A stretch of DNA of 64,000 nucleotides. It comes from a virus. This document shows, in pieces, positions 26,137 to 35,331 of this stretch. Made by a program: the position numbers and the translations under genes. Where the stretch lies: positions 32,001 to 96,000 of IMG/VR virus record IMGVR_UViG_3300005098_000017. One strand, given 5' to 3'. The notes beneath the pieces are model-generated. The model was not told the origin of the DNA, made no database searches, and worked only from the letters and a program-made list of their open reading frames with translations. Every line of letters begins with the position of its first letter. Position 1 is the first letter of the stretch.

Positions 26137-26528
26137 TTTATCTCCTTATTATTTTTATCGTTGAAATATGTTTTTCTAAATTCCTCTAGGATAGGTTCAT
26201 CACCTGTACCATAGAGGACGGCGTGCATCCATTCAGTTACCTGATCTGCTGTATGGTGTGGAAATACATCCTTCATGCATCCGAAGTATTTTTGCCAGTT
26301 GGTTGGTTTAGGTTTTTTATGTTCTTTTATAGTCCATTTTTTGGTAGCTGTGGCGGATCCGTAGGTTGTGAGGATGAGGCCTATAATTATTATTATTATG
26401 GTGTATGTAGTGGGATTATTGGTGTAGTGGTGGAGGAGGAAGCCGGCCGCAGTGGTAAGTAGGCCCCAGAATCGTTTGCTCCTCCAGAAGGGTTTGGTGT
26501 TATTATTGTTATTATCGTGTGTGTTCAT
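26133..26528 (-). CDS. holin-like two-TM protein with soluble tail
   Basis: KPFWRSKRFW followed by two TM segments. Confidence 0.5.
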   Translation of the reverse strand: MNTHDNNNNNTKPFWRSKRFWGLLTTAAGFLLHHYTNNPTTYTIIIIIIGLILTTYGSATATKKWTIKEHKKPKPTNWQKYFGCMKDVFPHHTADQVTEWMHAVLYGTGDEPILEEFRKTYFNDKNNKEIK

Positions 26529-27756
26529 TTTGGGTCTCCTTTATGTTATGAAGCCCGCGCTTCAGTATATTAATACTTGCATTATAATCTCTATCGAGGG
26601 TTGCACCACAGAACGGGCATTTATGTATACGATCGTGGAGTGCCTTAGGTACCTTATGTCCACATGAGGAGCATGTCTGCGTAGTATATGCTGGGTTAAC
26701 CTTGATGACTTGTGAGCCGTGAAGCCGCGCCTTGTAGGATGTTAGATTGATAAGTGTGTTCCATCCTGCGTCGTAGATGTATTTAGAGAGGTGAAGCCGG
26801 CGGCGCTTGCTTACAAGATCATGTATTTTTATATCCTCGAATATAATAACATCATAGTTAGTAGCGAGCTGATGTGAGATATGATGGAGGAAGCCGCGCC
26901 GCATGTTAGCTAATCGTTCATGAAGTCTGGCTAGTTTACGCCTCTGTTTCATATAATTAGCACTCCCTCGCTGCTTGCGCGAGAGCTGTTTTTGTACACG
27001 CTTTATACGTTTTTCGAGTTTGGAGATGAAGCGCGGGTTAGATACAATATTACCATCACTTGATACGATGAGATTCGTAAGCCCGAGATCTATACCGATG
27101 ACGCGCTGCTTACTATTAATATCGGTAACGATAGTAGTGTCATTATTATTGGGTACTTCAACTGTTACATATGCATACCATCTACCACTGGGATGTCTCT
27201 TTATAGTAACATTTTTGGCTTTAGTCCATTCGATAGGTCGGTGAAGGCGGATTTTTAAGCCGCCGAGTTTGGGTAAATGAATATATGCGAACTTATCATT
27301 CAGTTTCTCAAATTTAATGACAGGATACCCATCCGGATAGTTTTTATGAGTCATCCAAACTTGTGGATATGTAAGTGATAAGTATTGATCAGGGTTTTTG
27401 GGTTTAGGCGGACTTATATGTCCTTCTTTATTCCTGATGGCTACAAAGAAACGCTTATATGCCCAGTCAATCTTATCAATTATAGCCTTTAAGACACCTG
27501 AATAAACGAGCCTTAAGGCAGGTTCCTCTCTTTTAAATGCGGTTAGGTTACGTTGCCTCTCAAATTTTGTAGGGGTTCTATGTTCTTCATCCCATATACG
27601 TCTGTATTCATTTATTTCGTAATTATAGAACCAGCAGAGGATGGACAGCCAGTTTTCTAGTTTATATTCCTGTAGTGTTGTTGGATAGGCTCTGAATTTG
27701 TAGGTGAGGTAGGAAGCCGCCGCCTTATCAGTATTTTTTGATCCTTGTTTATTCAT
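26512..27756 (-). CDS. tnpB: IS200/IS605-family TnpB RNA-guided endonuclease
   Basis: YKFRAYPT, IGIDLGL, FEDI, TTQTCSSCG, CPFCG..DRDYNAS; RuvC D/E/D intact. Confidence 0.92.
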   Translation of the reverse strand: MNKQGSKNTDKAAASYLTYKFRAYPTTLQEYKLENWLSILCWFYNYEINEYRRIWDEEHRTPTKFERQRNLTAFKREEPALRLVYSGVLKAIIDKIDWAYKRFFVAIRNKEGHISPPKPKNPDQYLSLTYPQVWMTHKNYPDGYPVIKFEKLNDKFAYIHLPKLGGLKIRLHRPIEWTKAKNVTIKRHPSGRWYAYVTVEVPNNNDTTIVTDINSKQRVIGIDLGLTNLIVSSDGNIVSNPRFISKLEKRIKRVQKQLSRKQRGSANYMKQRRKLARLHERLANMRRGFLHHISHQLATNYDVIIFEDIKIHDLVSKRRRLHLSKYIYDAGWNTLINLTSYKARLHGSQVIKVNPAYTTQTCSSCGHKVPKALHDRIHKCPFCGATLDRDYNASINILKRGLHNIKETQNEHTR

Positions 27757-27804
27757 TTCATTATGTTACCATATAATGGAACATTTTATATTGGATATGT
27801 TACA

Positions 27805-28095
27805 CTATGGTATAACATCTCTCTCCTCTGTCTCTATGGACATATTGATCATATCTATTATGTCCTCAGGTAGGGAGTGAAGAATCTCTCTGAACTCGTC
27901 CTCACCATCGAATACATAAACAGATAAGCGCCCGCATTTTTCATAGTCACCACACGGATGAATGCGTCTTATATCCCATGCGACCTTATCTTTTGATGTT
28001 ATCACCTTTATGTTGAACTCAGCATTGACTATCGTTGACTCTCCCTTCCATATGTTAACGCAAGGATTAACGCAATAGTTAACGCATAGGTACAT
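27805..28095 (-). CDS. hypothetical protein
   Basis: ORF; 5' end has three 12-bp CVN repeats. Confidence 0.5.
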   Translation of the reverse strand: MYLCVNYCVNPCVNIWKGESTIVNAEFNIKVITSKDKVAWDIRRIHPCGDYEKCGRLSVYVFDGEDEFREILHSLPEDIIDMINMSIETEERDVIP

Positions 28096-28548
28096 TCATG
28101 CATCTCCAAACCGTTGCATCAACCGTTCCATGCTTTTTCTAAAGAGCTTCACCGATGCGTACAATAGATTGGCAGCAATAGCAAGATAAAGCACACCTAT
28201 AGGAGGCTTTGAGAGGAACGGTACGACACTTGATACAATAAATGCAATACTCATGTTAGCAGCAAACTGATGATAACGAAAATAATGATTCAGTATTCCT
28301 TCGTAGACACTAACATCATCACTTGATAGATTTTCAAATGTTATGTGAGTTTTTGATGAAATACCACATATGAAATTATAACGAATCGTATCAATAATAA
28401 GCCCCAGCATGAAGGATGATACAGCAAATGCACATGCCCATAAGCCCCACGGTATAGTTGGACCAAAAAGTCCTATCTTATATATATGGAGAAGAAGGAA
28501 GAAGCCCGGCAGAAAATGAGCAATAAAAACACCATATAAGAAACTCAT
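28096..28548 (-). CDS. four-TM membrane protein
   Basis: hydrophobic segments, AAGGAGG RBS. Confidence 0.75.
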   Translation of the reverse strand: MSFLYGVFIAHFLPGFFLLLHIYKIGLFGPTIPWGLWACAFAVSSFMLGLIIDTIRYNFICGISSKTHITFENLSSDDVSVYEGILNHYFRYHQFAANMSIAFIVSSVVPFLSKPPIGVLYLAIAANLLYASVKLFRKSMERLMQRFGDA

Positions 28549-28574
28549 TAAGGTCCCTCCTTATTTTGATAACC

Positions 28575-29117
28575 TTAGAATAAACTGAATCCTACATAAA
28601 GATCCCAACCACGATCAAATGATTCATTAGAATTAACGAACTGGCTATTATCGTAGGAAGCCCCGACATAGAAGGTGGGTGATAATATAATAATGCCCTG
28701 ACAGAATGATTCAGAAAGAAGAAACGGATTCATAAGCGCCACAATGATTGATAGATCTATACCTACAGACCCAGAAAGACGCATGTTGGTGTAGTCGAAG
28801 CCGCCGCCCCTTCCGTAGCCAAGCCGGCCGCCTAAACGTATGAAGGATAACTCCTTAATAAGTGGTATATCAACATCCATTGATGCAAAAAGACCATTAC
28901 CAGATCCCTTGGGGGTTCTTATGTGTTCATACCCGAGGCCGGCGTAAAGAAGTGGATATGATTCCTCATCATGGTTGAGTAGATATTTGAAGCCCCCGCT
29001 CCAGTCCTTGTTGTAAACATTTTTGTCAATTTCAATATTGATCGGGAGAATATGAGGCAGGGCATTTGATATAGCAAGAGCAGAGAGGATTAATAAAACA
29101 GTGAATATTTTACGCAT
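28575..29117 (-). CDS. putative outer-membrane beta-barrel protein
   Basis: signal peptide, alternating G/aromatic strands, C-terminal LYVGFSLF. Confidence 0.65.
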   Translation of the reverse strand: MRKIFTVLLILSALAISNALPHILPINIEIDKNVYNKDWSGGFKYLLNHDEESYPLLYAGLGYEHIRTPKGSGNGLFASMDVDIPLIKELSFIRLGGRLGYGRGGGFDYTNMRLSGSVGIDLSIIVALMNPFLLSESFCQGIIILSPTFYVGASYDNSQFVNSNESFDRGWDLYVGFSLF

Positions 29118-29148
29118 GTTATCACCTCCTTTAATAGTATGTTACAGT

Positions 29149-29176
29149 ATTATATGTATGGTCATATTATAGTCAA
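29149..29176 (-). promoter_or_regulatory. sigma70-type promoter
   Basis: TTGACT-N16-TATAAT. Confidence 0.7.
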
Positions 29177-29272
29177 GCAGAAATTTTTGGGGTAAATCGT
29201 TCTGTATATAGAACAGTTTTTGGGTAATTTTGTTCTGTAGACATTACAAAAAGACCCTAATTTTTGATGTGG

Positions 29273-29452
29273 TTATTCAGTAAGAATATCTTCTCTTTTT
29301 TCTAATACCCATTCTAATGCTTCGATTTTACCAAGGTGACTAAAATATGCAGGTAGAGAATTAAATCCTTTATCTCCAGTTATTTCCCACAGCTCACTTG
29401 CCTGCGTATTCAACTCTTCTAAAGCTATCTTAATTTCCTTTTTACTTCTCAT
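29273..29452 (-). CDS. 59-aa protein (not in ORF track)
   Basis: GGGAGG RBS, MRSKKEIK...IEALEWVLE. Confidence 0.7.
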   Translation of the reverse strand: MRSKKEIKIALEELNTQASELWEITGDKGFNSLPAYFSHLGKIEALEWVLEKREDILTE

Positions 29453-29483
29453 GTTAACCTCCCTTTTTTAATAATATGCAACT

Positions 29484-29511
29484 ATTATATTGATAGATAC
29501 TGCTATGTCAA
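29484..29511 (-). promoter_or_regulatory. sigma70-type promoter
   Basis: TTGACA-N16-TATAAT. Confidence 0.75.
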
Positions 29512-29536
29512 GTCCAAAATGAAGCCGGCAGGACTC

Positions 29537-29649
29537 AAATAAAACCCGCCGTGCCAATCCTAGATCCTTATAGGCCTAGGGGGACGGCGGGGAGTTTAAT
29601 TTATACGGTGCGAAGCGGCGCGCCTTACGGACCCATACCTCGCACCATC
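29537..29649 (-). ncRNA. candidate ~110-nt sRNA
   Basis: own TTGACA-N16-TATATT promoter (29653-29680), two hairpins, U-tract, no ORF. Confidence 0.55.
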
Positions 29650-29846
29650 TATAATATACCACGATAATAAATCATGTCAAGAAATTAATCATACAGTAGG
29701 GATAATCAGTCAACCATACTGATCAAATAGTAGGGATAATTCATCAAGTTGACGGATATGTTGACGATAAAGTTGACGGAACCAACTATTCTGGAAGGTG
29801 CTGATGGTATGATAAGAGAAGCAAACCCAACCAATGGAGACCCCAG

Positions 29847-30779
29847 ATGAGCAAAAAACACAAGAATGGCCGTTCATTCTATTCCATCACAATCCCAACA
29901 TCTCTTAAGGTCAACTGGGACATTATGTCTAGGTTCATTGAAGATGAGTTCAACATAGTACTTAAGATTGAGGATGATACACTATACTTATCGGGACGTA
30001 ACAAGAAACTTATGAAGGAGGTTGGTAATGTCATTATAGAACTATCCTTATCAGGAGTTACGTATAAGAGCGTCGAGGAACTGGCGGCTATATGGGGAGA
30101 TTATCTAAGCGCGCGCCATATAATAACATATGATAAAGCCGGCCGGCCTATAACGCCTCTATCAGAGAACCAGAAGCACTTTATCAAAGCTGTACAGGAA
30201 AATGATATTACGTTTGTAATAGGCCCCGCCGGAACTGGTAAGACATATCTTGCTGTTGCACAGGCTGTGGGGATGTTAAGAAGCCGCCAGATAAACAAGA
30301 TTGTAATAACGAGGCCTCTCGTTGAGGTTAATGAGAAGTTGGGGTTCCTGCCAGGGGATATAAAGAACAAGGTAATGCCATTCCTTATACCAATATATGA
30401 TGTACTTGGGGAACTCTTCACCAAAAGTGAGCTTGAAAATTTAGAGAAGAATGGTGTTATCGAAATTATTCCTATTGCATTCATGCGTGGGAGGACTATA
30501 AAAAACAGCATCGTTATTGCTGATGAGGCACAAAACCTTACGATTTCACAGATGAAAATGTTGCTTACTAGGATTGGGTTAGGTACTAAATATATCATTA
30601 TAGGAGATGTAACACAGAGTGACATACATAATGGTAAAAAGAATGGGCTTCTTTATGTTGTTGAGCGCATAAAGAGGGCGGGAAGCCGTGGCTTCGGCAT
30701 CGTTAAAATGACAGATGCCGACATAAGACGGCACCCTATTATAACAGAGGTGCTCAAATTGTTTGATAATTTGACTTGA
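29847..30779 (+). CDS. phoH: PhoH-family ATPase
   Basis: GPAGTGKT, RPLVE..LGFLPG, FMRGRT, DEAQN, GDVTQSD. Confidence 0.95.
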   Translation: MSKKHKNGRSFYSITIPTSLKVNWDIMSRFIEDEFNIVLKIEDDTLYLSGRNKKLMKEVGNVIIELSLSGVTYKSVEELAAIWGDYLSARHIITYDKAGRPITPLSENQKHFIKAVQENDITFVIGPAGTGKTYLAVAQAVGMLRSRQINKIVITRPLVEVNEKLGFLPGDIKNKVMPFLIPIYDVLGELFTKSELENLEKNGVIEIIPIAFMRGRTIKNSIVIADEAQNLTISQMKMLLTRIGLGTKYIIIGDVTQSDIHNGKKNGLLYVVERIKRAGSRGFGIVKMTDADIRRHPIITEVLKLFDNLT

Positions 30780-30803
30780 CATATATCAATATATCTATAT
30801 ACT
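30776..30803 (+). promoter_or_regulatory. sigma70-type promoter; likely leaderless HNH mRNA
   Basis: TTGACA-N16-TATACT, ATG 10 nt later with no RBS. Confidence 0.6.
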
Positions 30804-30812
30804 AACAGTCAT

Positions 30813-31316
30813 ATGTGGATAGAAAATAAATATCCATATAAAGATTATAGGGTTTATGGTATCTACGAAACTCATGAAGGGCGTCAGTTTGTTATAGTTA
30901 TATCACCACAAGGTAAGAGAACAACAGTATCATATGCGAAATATCTTATAGAAATTAAATATGGTAGAAAGCTTGCCCCTGATGAAACAGTCCATCATAT
31001 TGATGGAAATCCAAAGAATAATGATTATAGCAATCTACAAGTTATAACAAGGTCAGAGCATGCAAAACGGGATGTACATCGTTTAAAGCCAAAAACTTTC
31101 AGATGCCCTATGTGTGGAAAAACATTTAGTTTATCTGGCAAGAAATTACATGATGCAATACTGAACCGAAAATACGGTCGGGCGGGACCATTCTGTTCTA
31201 AGAAATGTGCTGGTAGATATAGCCGTTTAGTACAACTTAAACGCATATTACCATTACCTGTTAAACGTATTAAAGCTGAATATTACAAACTATCTGAACA
31301 TCCACCATCCAAATAA
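30813..31316 (+). CDS. HNH endonuclease with Zn finger
   Basis: VHHIDGNPKNN..SNL...H, CPMC, FCSKKC. Confidence 0.9.
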   Translation: MWIENKYPYKDYRVYGIYETHEGRQFVIVISPQGKRTTVSYAKYLIEIKYGRKLAPDETVHHIDGNPKNNDYSNLQVITRSEHAKRDVHRLKPKTFRCPMCGKTFSLSGKKLHDAILNRKYGRAGPFCSKKCAGRYSRLVQLKRILPLPVKRIKAEYYKLSEHPPSK

Positions 31317-31496
31317 GAGAAAGACTCCAAGAATAACCAATATGAAAATCAATAATCCACCACAAATACAAAATATAATATCTGATACGCCATTAAACGG
31401 TAAAAACCACTGCACATATGGAGGTATAAATAAAAGACAGAGGAAACCAATAAGGCCCGCTAACAAAAGAATGAAGATTAATTTAATAATAGACAT
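31290..31496 (-). CDS. small membrane protein
   Basis: two TM segments. Confidence 0.5.
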   Translation of the reverse strand: MSIIKLIFILLLAGLIGFLCLLFIPPYVQWFLPFNGVSDIIFCICGGLLIFILVILGVFLLFGWWMFR

Positions 31497-31530
31497 TTTG
31501 CATTAACCTTTGTGTCAACTTTTGCGTCAA

Positions 31531-31713
31531 CTACTCACTAGCACGTAATTCACTTGGATATTCCTCCTCCACACGGAATATATCCATGATTGGATACTTA
31601 AGTACTTTCTCTTTCCTCAATAGACAGTAAAACCCTGCTTTCACATATGTCTGTGAGACATTTTCATAAACGATCGGATATGATGTACCTTTTAACCACA
31701 GTACAACCTTCAT
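31531..31713 (-). CDS. small hypothetical protein (start revised to MKVVLW)
   Basis: AAGGAGG RBS. Confidence 0.65.
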   Translation of the reverse strand: MKVVLWLKGTSYPIVYENVSQTYVKAGFYCLLRKEKVLKYPIMDIFRVEEEYPSELRASE

Positions 31714-31724
31714 AAATACCTCCT

Positions 31725-32219
31725 TCACAATATAAATTGTTTCATAATTACATTCTTTGGTACATGTATAATATAAAGTCCGATACGAGGCTGCCCTATA
31801 GCTATAACTTTCCACCGAGGGAAGCGGGGCTTCTTCTTATATATCTCAACACTACCATGATATGTACTATCCTCCATTATAATAGCTTTATCAGCAGGGA
31901 TCTGAACCAATTGGAAATGATCATTATTTTTCCTATAAGCTATGTAAACCAAATTCCCATTAGTATTACCGGTACCCAAAAGAAACTTACCTTTCATGCC
32001 CTGGAAGTAATCTATTGATACTATTGTATATTCATCTGATTTATATAGCCCTTTGGGCATGGATTCATATATAATAATTCCTGCCACATAAGATGCAAGG
32101 CATACGAGCACAACATGTATGATATCTAACCTCACTTTCTTGAATAATAAACGCAAAATAATAACGAGACAAATTGGTAATATAAGCCAAACCATAAGCA
32201 GCCTCCTTTCACAAGACAA
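31725..32219 (-). CDS. membrane-anchored protein, paralog of 32209-32679
   Basis: shared DEYTIVSI, EDSTY.GSV, KPRFP.WK, YIIHVPK. Confidence 0.8.
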   Translation of the reverse strand: MSCERRLLMVWLILPICLVIILRLLFKKVRLDIIHVVLVCLASYVAGIIIYESMPKGLYKSDEYTIVSIDYFQGMKGKFLLGTGNTNGNLVYIAYRKNNDHFQLVQIPADKAIIMEDSTYHGSVEIYKKKPRFPRWKVIAIGQPRIGLYIIHVPKNVIMKQFIL

Positions 32220-32679
32220 ATTGCTTCAACATAGCGCCTTTTGGTACATGTATTATGTAATGGTGAATGGTTGGTTTACCGATAGCAACTAATTTCCACT
32301 TAGGAAATCGCGGCTTCATTTTATAAACACACACGCTACCATAATATGTGCTATCTTCTAGAATAATAGATTTGGATGCCGGGACATATACCAATTGAAA
32401 TTCATCACCAACCTTTTTATAGGCTACATATACCATCTTCTCCTCGATATGACCTACACCTAAGAAAAACTCTTCCCGCATATGTTGAGATGAGTTGATC
32501 GATACGATAGTATACTCATCATCCTTATATACCTCCTTATTCAACGATTCATACGCAAGCATCCCAAAAAGAATGGTCCCCGCATATGACGCTATCATTA
32601 CAGGTATGGAAATAATAATACTACGTGTACGCAATAGGGCATATAACATAATCAATATTGGTAATATAAACCAAATCAT
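32209..32679 (-). CDS. membrane-anchored protein, paralog of 31725-32219
   Basis: same shared motifs. Confidence 0.8.
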   Translation of the reverse strand: MIWFILPILIMLYALLRTRSIIISIPVMIASYAGTILFGMLAYESLNKEVYKDDEYTIVSINSSQHMREEFFLGVGHIEEKMVYVAYKKVGDEFQLVYVPASKSIILEDSTYYGSVCVYKMKPRFPKWKLVAIGKPTIHHYIIHVPKGAMLKQFVL

Positions 32680-32688
32680 AAGACCTCC

Positions 32689-33051
32689 TTAGCTTGTCCT
32701 TAGATATATCAGGACTGTTACAATATCATCATCAGTAATGCTTCCATAAGCCTGCTTCAACTGGTACTTTAACGTATTATAATCCCTTGCTGCCATATTG
32801 TGTTCAATCTCAAGAAGCGGGCGTGGTATATCCTTTAGCTTACCGACCCAATGACCTAATATCCACCCCGTACCGACAAGCTCGTACACAAAGGGAGGCC
32901 GGCACCTTCCATAATGATCCTTGTGACACACCCATAATTCAAGCTCTTCACCCAATTCAACCTTAGCCCATCCAGTACCCTTCCTTACTGTCGTAGCAAT
33001 ATGCCCTACAGGTACATCGAATTCATGACACCTGTTTCTCAATCGTCTCAT
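32689..33051 (-). CDS. ASCH/PUA-like protein
   Basis: TTVRKG and LKQAY...DDIVTVL. Confidence 0.45.
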   Translation of the reverse strand: MRRLRNRCHEFDVPVGHIATTVRKGTGWAKVELGEELELWVCHKDHYGRCRPPFVYELVGTGWILGHWVGKLKDIPRPLLEIEHNMAARDYNTLKYQLKQAYGSITDDDIVTVLIYLRTS

Positions 33052-33137
33052 TATGATTCTCCTGAATCTTTTCTAATATATTTATAGAAAACAAATCCTA
33101 ATATAAGCCCCACAACGAACCAAAAGAATCCCATAGC

Positions 33138-33749
33138 TCACCTCCTTGTTTTTATTATTACATCACCTTGAATTTCCAAGTCAAAGAAGCAGTTAGGCGC
33201 GCGCTCCTTGAGAATCTTTAAGATATCAATAAATATCCGCCTTATCTCCCATTGTGCTGAAGCCGCGCCCCTTAGCTCTATCATATGTCTCCATTGGCGG
33301 AAATTAGCAGTCACAACGATCTGCGATGTACATGCATTGGGTAAAACAAATCTCGCATCCTCTTTAGGAATACCTAATGTCAGGAGGACGCTATATAACT
33401 TCTGTAAATATCGCATTATTTCTTCATATAGAAGGCGGGCTTCCTCATTACCTTCTATTGAAGGTGGTACTATATAAGTGAAGCCGGCCTCCTTTACATA
33501 TCTTTGCGATCTTTGTGTATAGGAACATAACCTGTGCCTAACAAGCTGGTGAGTCGCCGCACGGGATATATTCTTAATAAGGAAGGTAGCAGATGCATGC
33601 TCTAATACTGATAGATGACCCCACTTTATAAGCTTACGTATGAGTTCACCAGGTTGACCTTTAGGTTCCGATGCATGTGATACTCTACCAGCCTGCTCAA
33701 TAAGCTCCTCAGCATTGGGAGTTATTGATAATAATGTTATGTCAGCCAA
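33138..33749 (-). CDS. thyX: FAD-dependent thymidylate synthase
   Basis: GHLSVLEH, RHRLCSYTQRSQRY, EDARFVLP, AQWEIR. Confidence 0.95.
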   Translation of the reverse strand: MADITLLSITPNAEELIEQAGRVSHASEPKGQPGELIRKLIKWGHLSVLEHASATFLIKNISRAATHQLVRHRLCSYTQRSQRYVKEAGFTYIVPPSIEGNEEARLLYEEIMRYLQKLYSVLLTLGIPKEDARFVLPNACTSQIVVTANFRQWRHMIELRGAASAQWEIRRIFIDILKILKERAPNCFFDLEIQGDVIIKTRR

Positions 33750-33806
33750 CTGCTCCTCCTTTTAATGAATACATTATCATCATCCTCTTGCAATATCTTT
33801 AACTAA

Positions 33807-34148
33807 TTATCCATTATGATCCTTTTCCTTTAATTTATTAACTATATTTTCCAAGTTTTTAAATTTATTAATATAATAACCCATAATTTCTATTGCCGTA
33901 TCAATATCAATGGGAATGTCAAAAGCAACAGCCATAATTTCTTGATCATCATAATTCAATTCACAAGATATTGTTAACACCCCTTCATCAAATTCTAAAT
34001 CAAAATCCCCTACTGCCCCCTCAAATGCTAATGGATCTTTCTCTTTTATAAATTCATCATCATAAATCTGTCTTGCTTTTCGTCTTGCTTCTTCTACATA
34101 AGATTCAAACCTCTTATTAAATACATCTATGAATGCCGATAGACTCAT
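33807..34148 (-). CDS. hypothetical acidic protein
   Basis: AAGGAGG RBS. Confidence 0.7.
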   Translation of the reverse strand: MSLSAFIDVFNKRFESYVEEARRKARQIYDDEFIKEKDPLAFEGAVGDFDLEFDEGVLTISCELNYDDQEIMAVAFDIPIDIDTAIEIMGYYINKFKNLENIVNKLKEKDHNG

Positions 34149-34351
34149 AATCCCTCCTTTTTTATTTTTGGAACATACATTACCTCTCCATTACTAACTA
34201 TCTTATGTGCAGGCATGCAATTTCTACAATCAGCACCACATGGCATCAGATCATCAACACCACATCCGCAACCCTCATCCGGTGAACATAATCCATCATA
34301 ACCATGATTGACTAACCATTCCTTTACAATCTCCTCTACTGTTTTATCCAC
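34145..34351 (-). CDS. small Cys-rich phage protein
   Basis: GYDGLC...CGC..DDLMPC. Confidence 0.7.
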   Translation of the reverse strand: MDKTVEEIVKEWLVNHGYDGLCSPDEGCGCGVDDLMPCGADCRNCMPAHKIVSNGEVMYVPKIKKEGL

Positions 34352-34363
34352 AATTCCTCCTTG

Positions 34364-34609
34364 TCAAGATTCTAACAATTCCTCATCAAATATTTTTATT
34401 AACCGCTGCCTGCAGTCATTCCAGCCACTAAAATAAGCCTGCAATTCTCTCTCTGATTCTGATGGAATGTTTTCTTGCCGTAATCTTGCAAGCACAAAAT
34501 TTTTAATGTCTTTAACCAACTCCTTCACAAACCTCTCATAGATAATTCTCTCATAATAATCATTGGATAATAACATATCCACCTCCTTTTTTCCCACTAT
34601 AATATGCAT
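34364..34609 (-). CDS. hypothetical protein (start probably later, after AAGGAGG)
   Basis: GWNDC motif; promoter TTGACA-N16-TATTAT at 34599-34626. Confidence 0.65.
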   Translation of the reverse strand: MHIIVGKKEVDMLLSNDYYERIIYERFVKELVKDIKNFVLARLRQENIPSESERELQAYFSGWNDCRQRLIKIFDEELLES

Positions 34610-34641
34610 AGAAGCCTAAATGTCAAGGTATAATTTCAAAG

Positions 34642-35331
34642 ATGAAACGAATACAACACATACTGTTATTAATAATAGTATTAATAATTATCGCTATAGG
34701 ACATCCCTTCCGTCCATTTTATGTCTTCTTCCAAGAGGGCTATAATGACACAGCATATGTGGACACTACAGATGCATGCATCCCTTGTTCAACATCATAT
34801 AATGTAACGATCTGCACAACAGCTGTCATATCATCGCTACCTATTGACACAACAGACGATACACTATGGCATGGTTACTTATTAAAGCTGTGGATAAAAG
34901 ACACCTCAGGATACACAAGCGATACATTTTATGTGAATGATACATGCTTCAGAACATTGTATCAAGTAGTACCTTGCAATATAGCACCTACATGTTCACT
35001 GGTATGGGGATACCATTTCTGGGTCATAAATCTAGATTGCATCAATATACAATATGGCATCTATGTAGGCGATGGTGATAGCGTATGTGTTTACATCGGG
35101 AAAGATATGCAACATGGACAAAAATGCGTAGCGATAAATAGTAGCACACCAGTACATCAACTAAGAGTGATAGCCGGAGATACAACACCCGTTTACATAA
35201 GTGAATTCCCTGTCATCCCATATCCAGCTTATTCGGATACGTACTGGTATGACATACGTGGAAGAAGAACACTACCGTATAGAAGTGGCGTTTATCTACA
35301 TAGAAGACGGGTTATCGTAATAATAAAATAA
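34642..35331 (+). CDS. secreted Cys-rich protein with T9SS-CTD-like tail
   Basis: signal peptide; ends WYDIRGRR...GVYL...VIVIIK. Confidence 0.65.
   Translation: MKRIQHILLLIIVLIIIAIGHPFRPFYVFFQEGYNDTAYVDTTDACIPCSTSYNVTICTTAVISSLPIDTTDDTLWHGYLLKLWIKDTSGYTSDTFYVNDTCFRTLYQVVPCNIAPTCSLVWGYHFWVINLDCINIQYGIYVGDGDSVCVYIGKDMQHGQKCVAINSSTPVHQLRVIAGDTTPVYISEFPVIPYPAYSDTYWYDIRGRRTLPYRSGVYLHRRRVIVIIK

Noticed and set aside
26512-27800. Complete IS200/IS605 or IS607 element, or a Cas12 locus
   Set aside because: No tnpA, no recognisable ends and no repeat-spacer array
29180-29790. Short direct repeats (TTTTTGGGTAA..GTTCTGTA x2, TAGGGATAAT x2, GTTGACG x3)
   Set aside because: Could be operators, but too short and few to support a call
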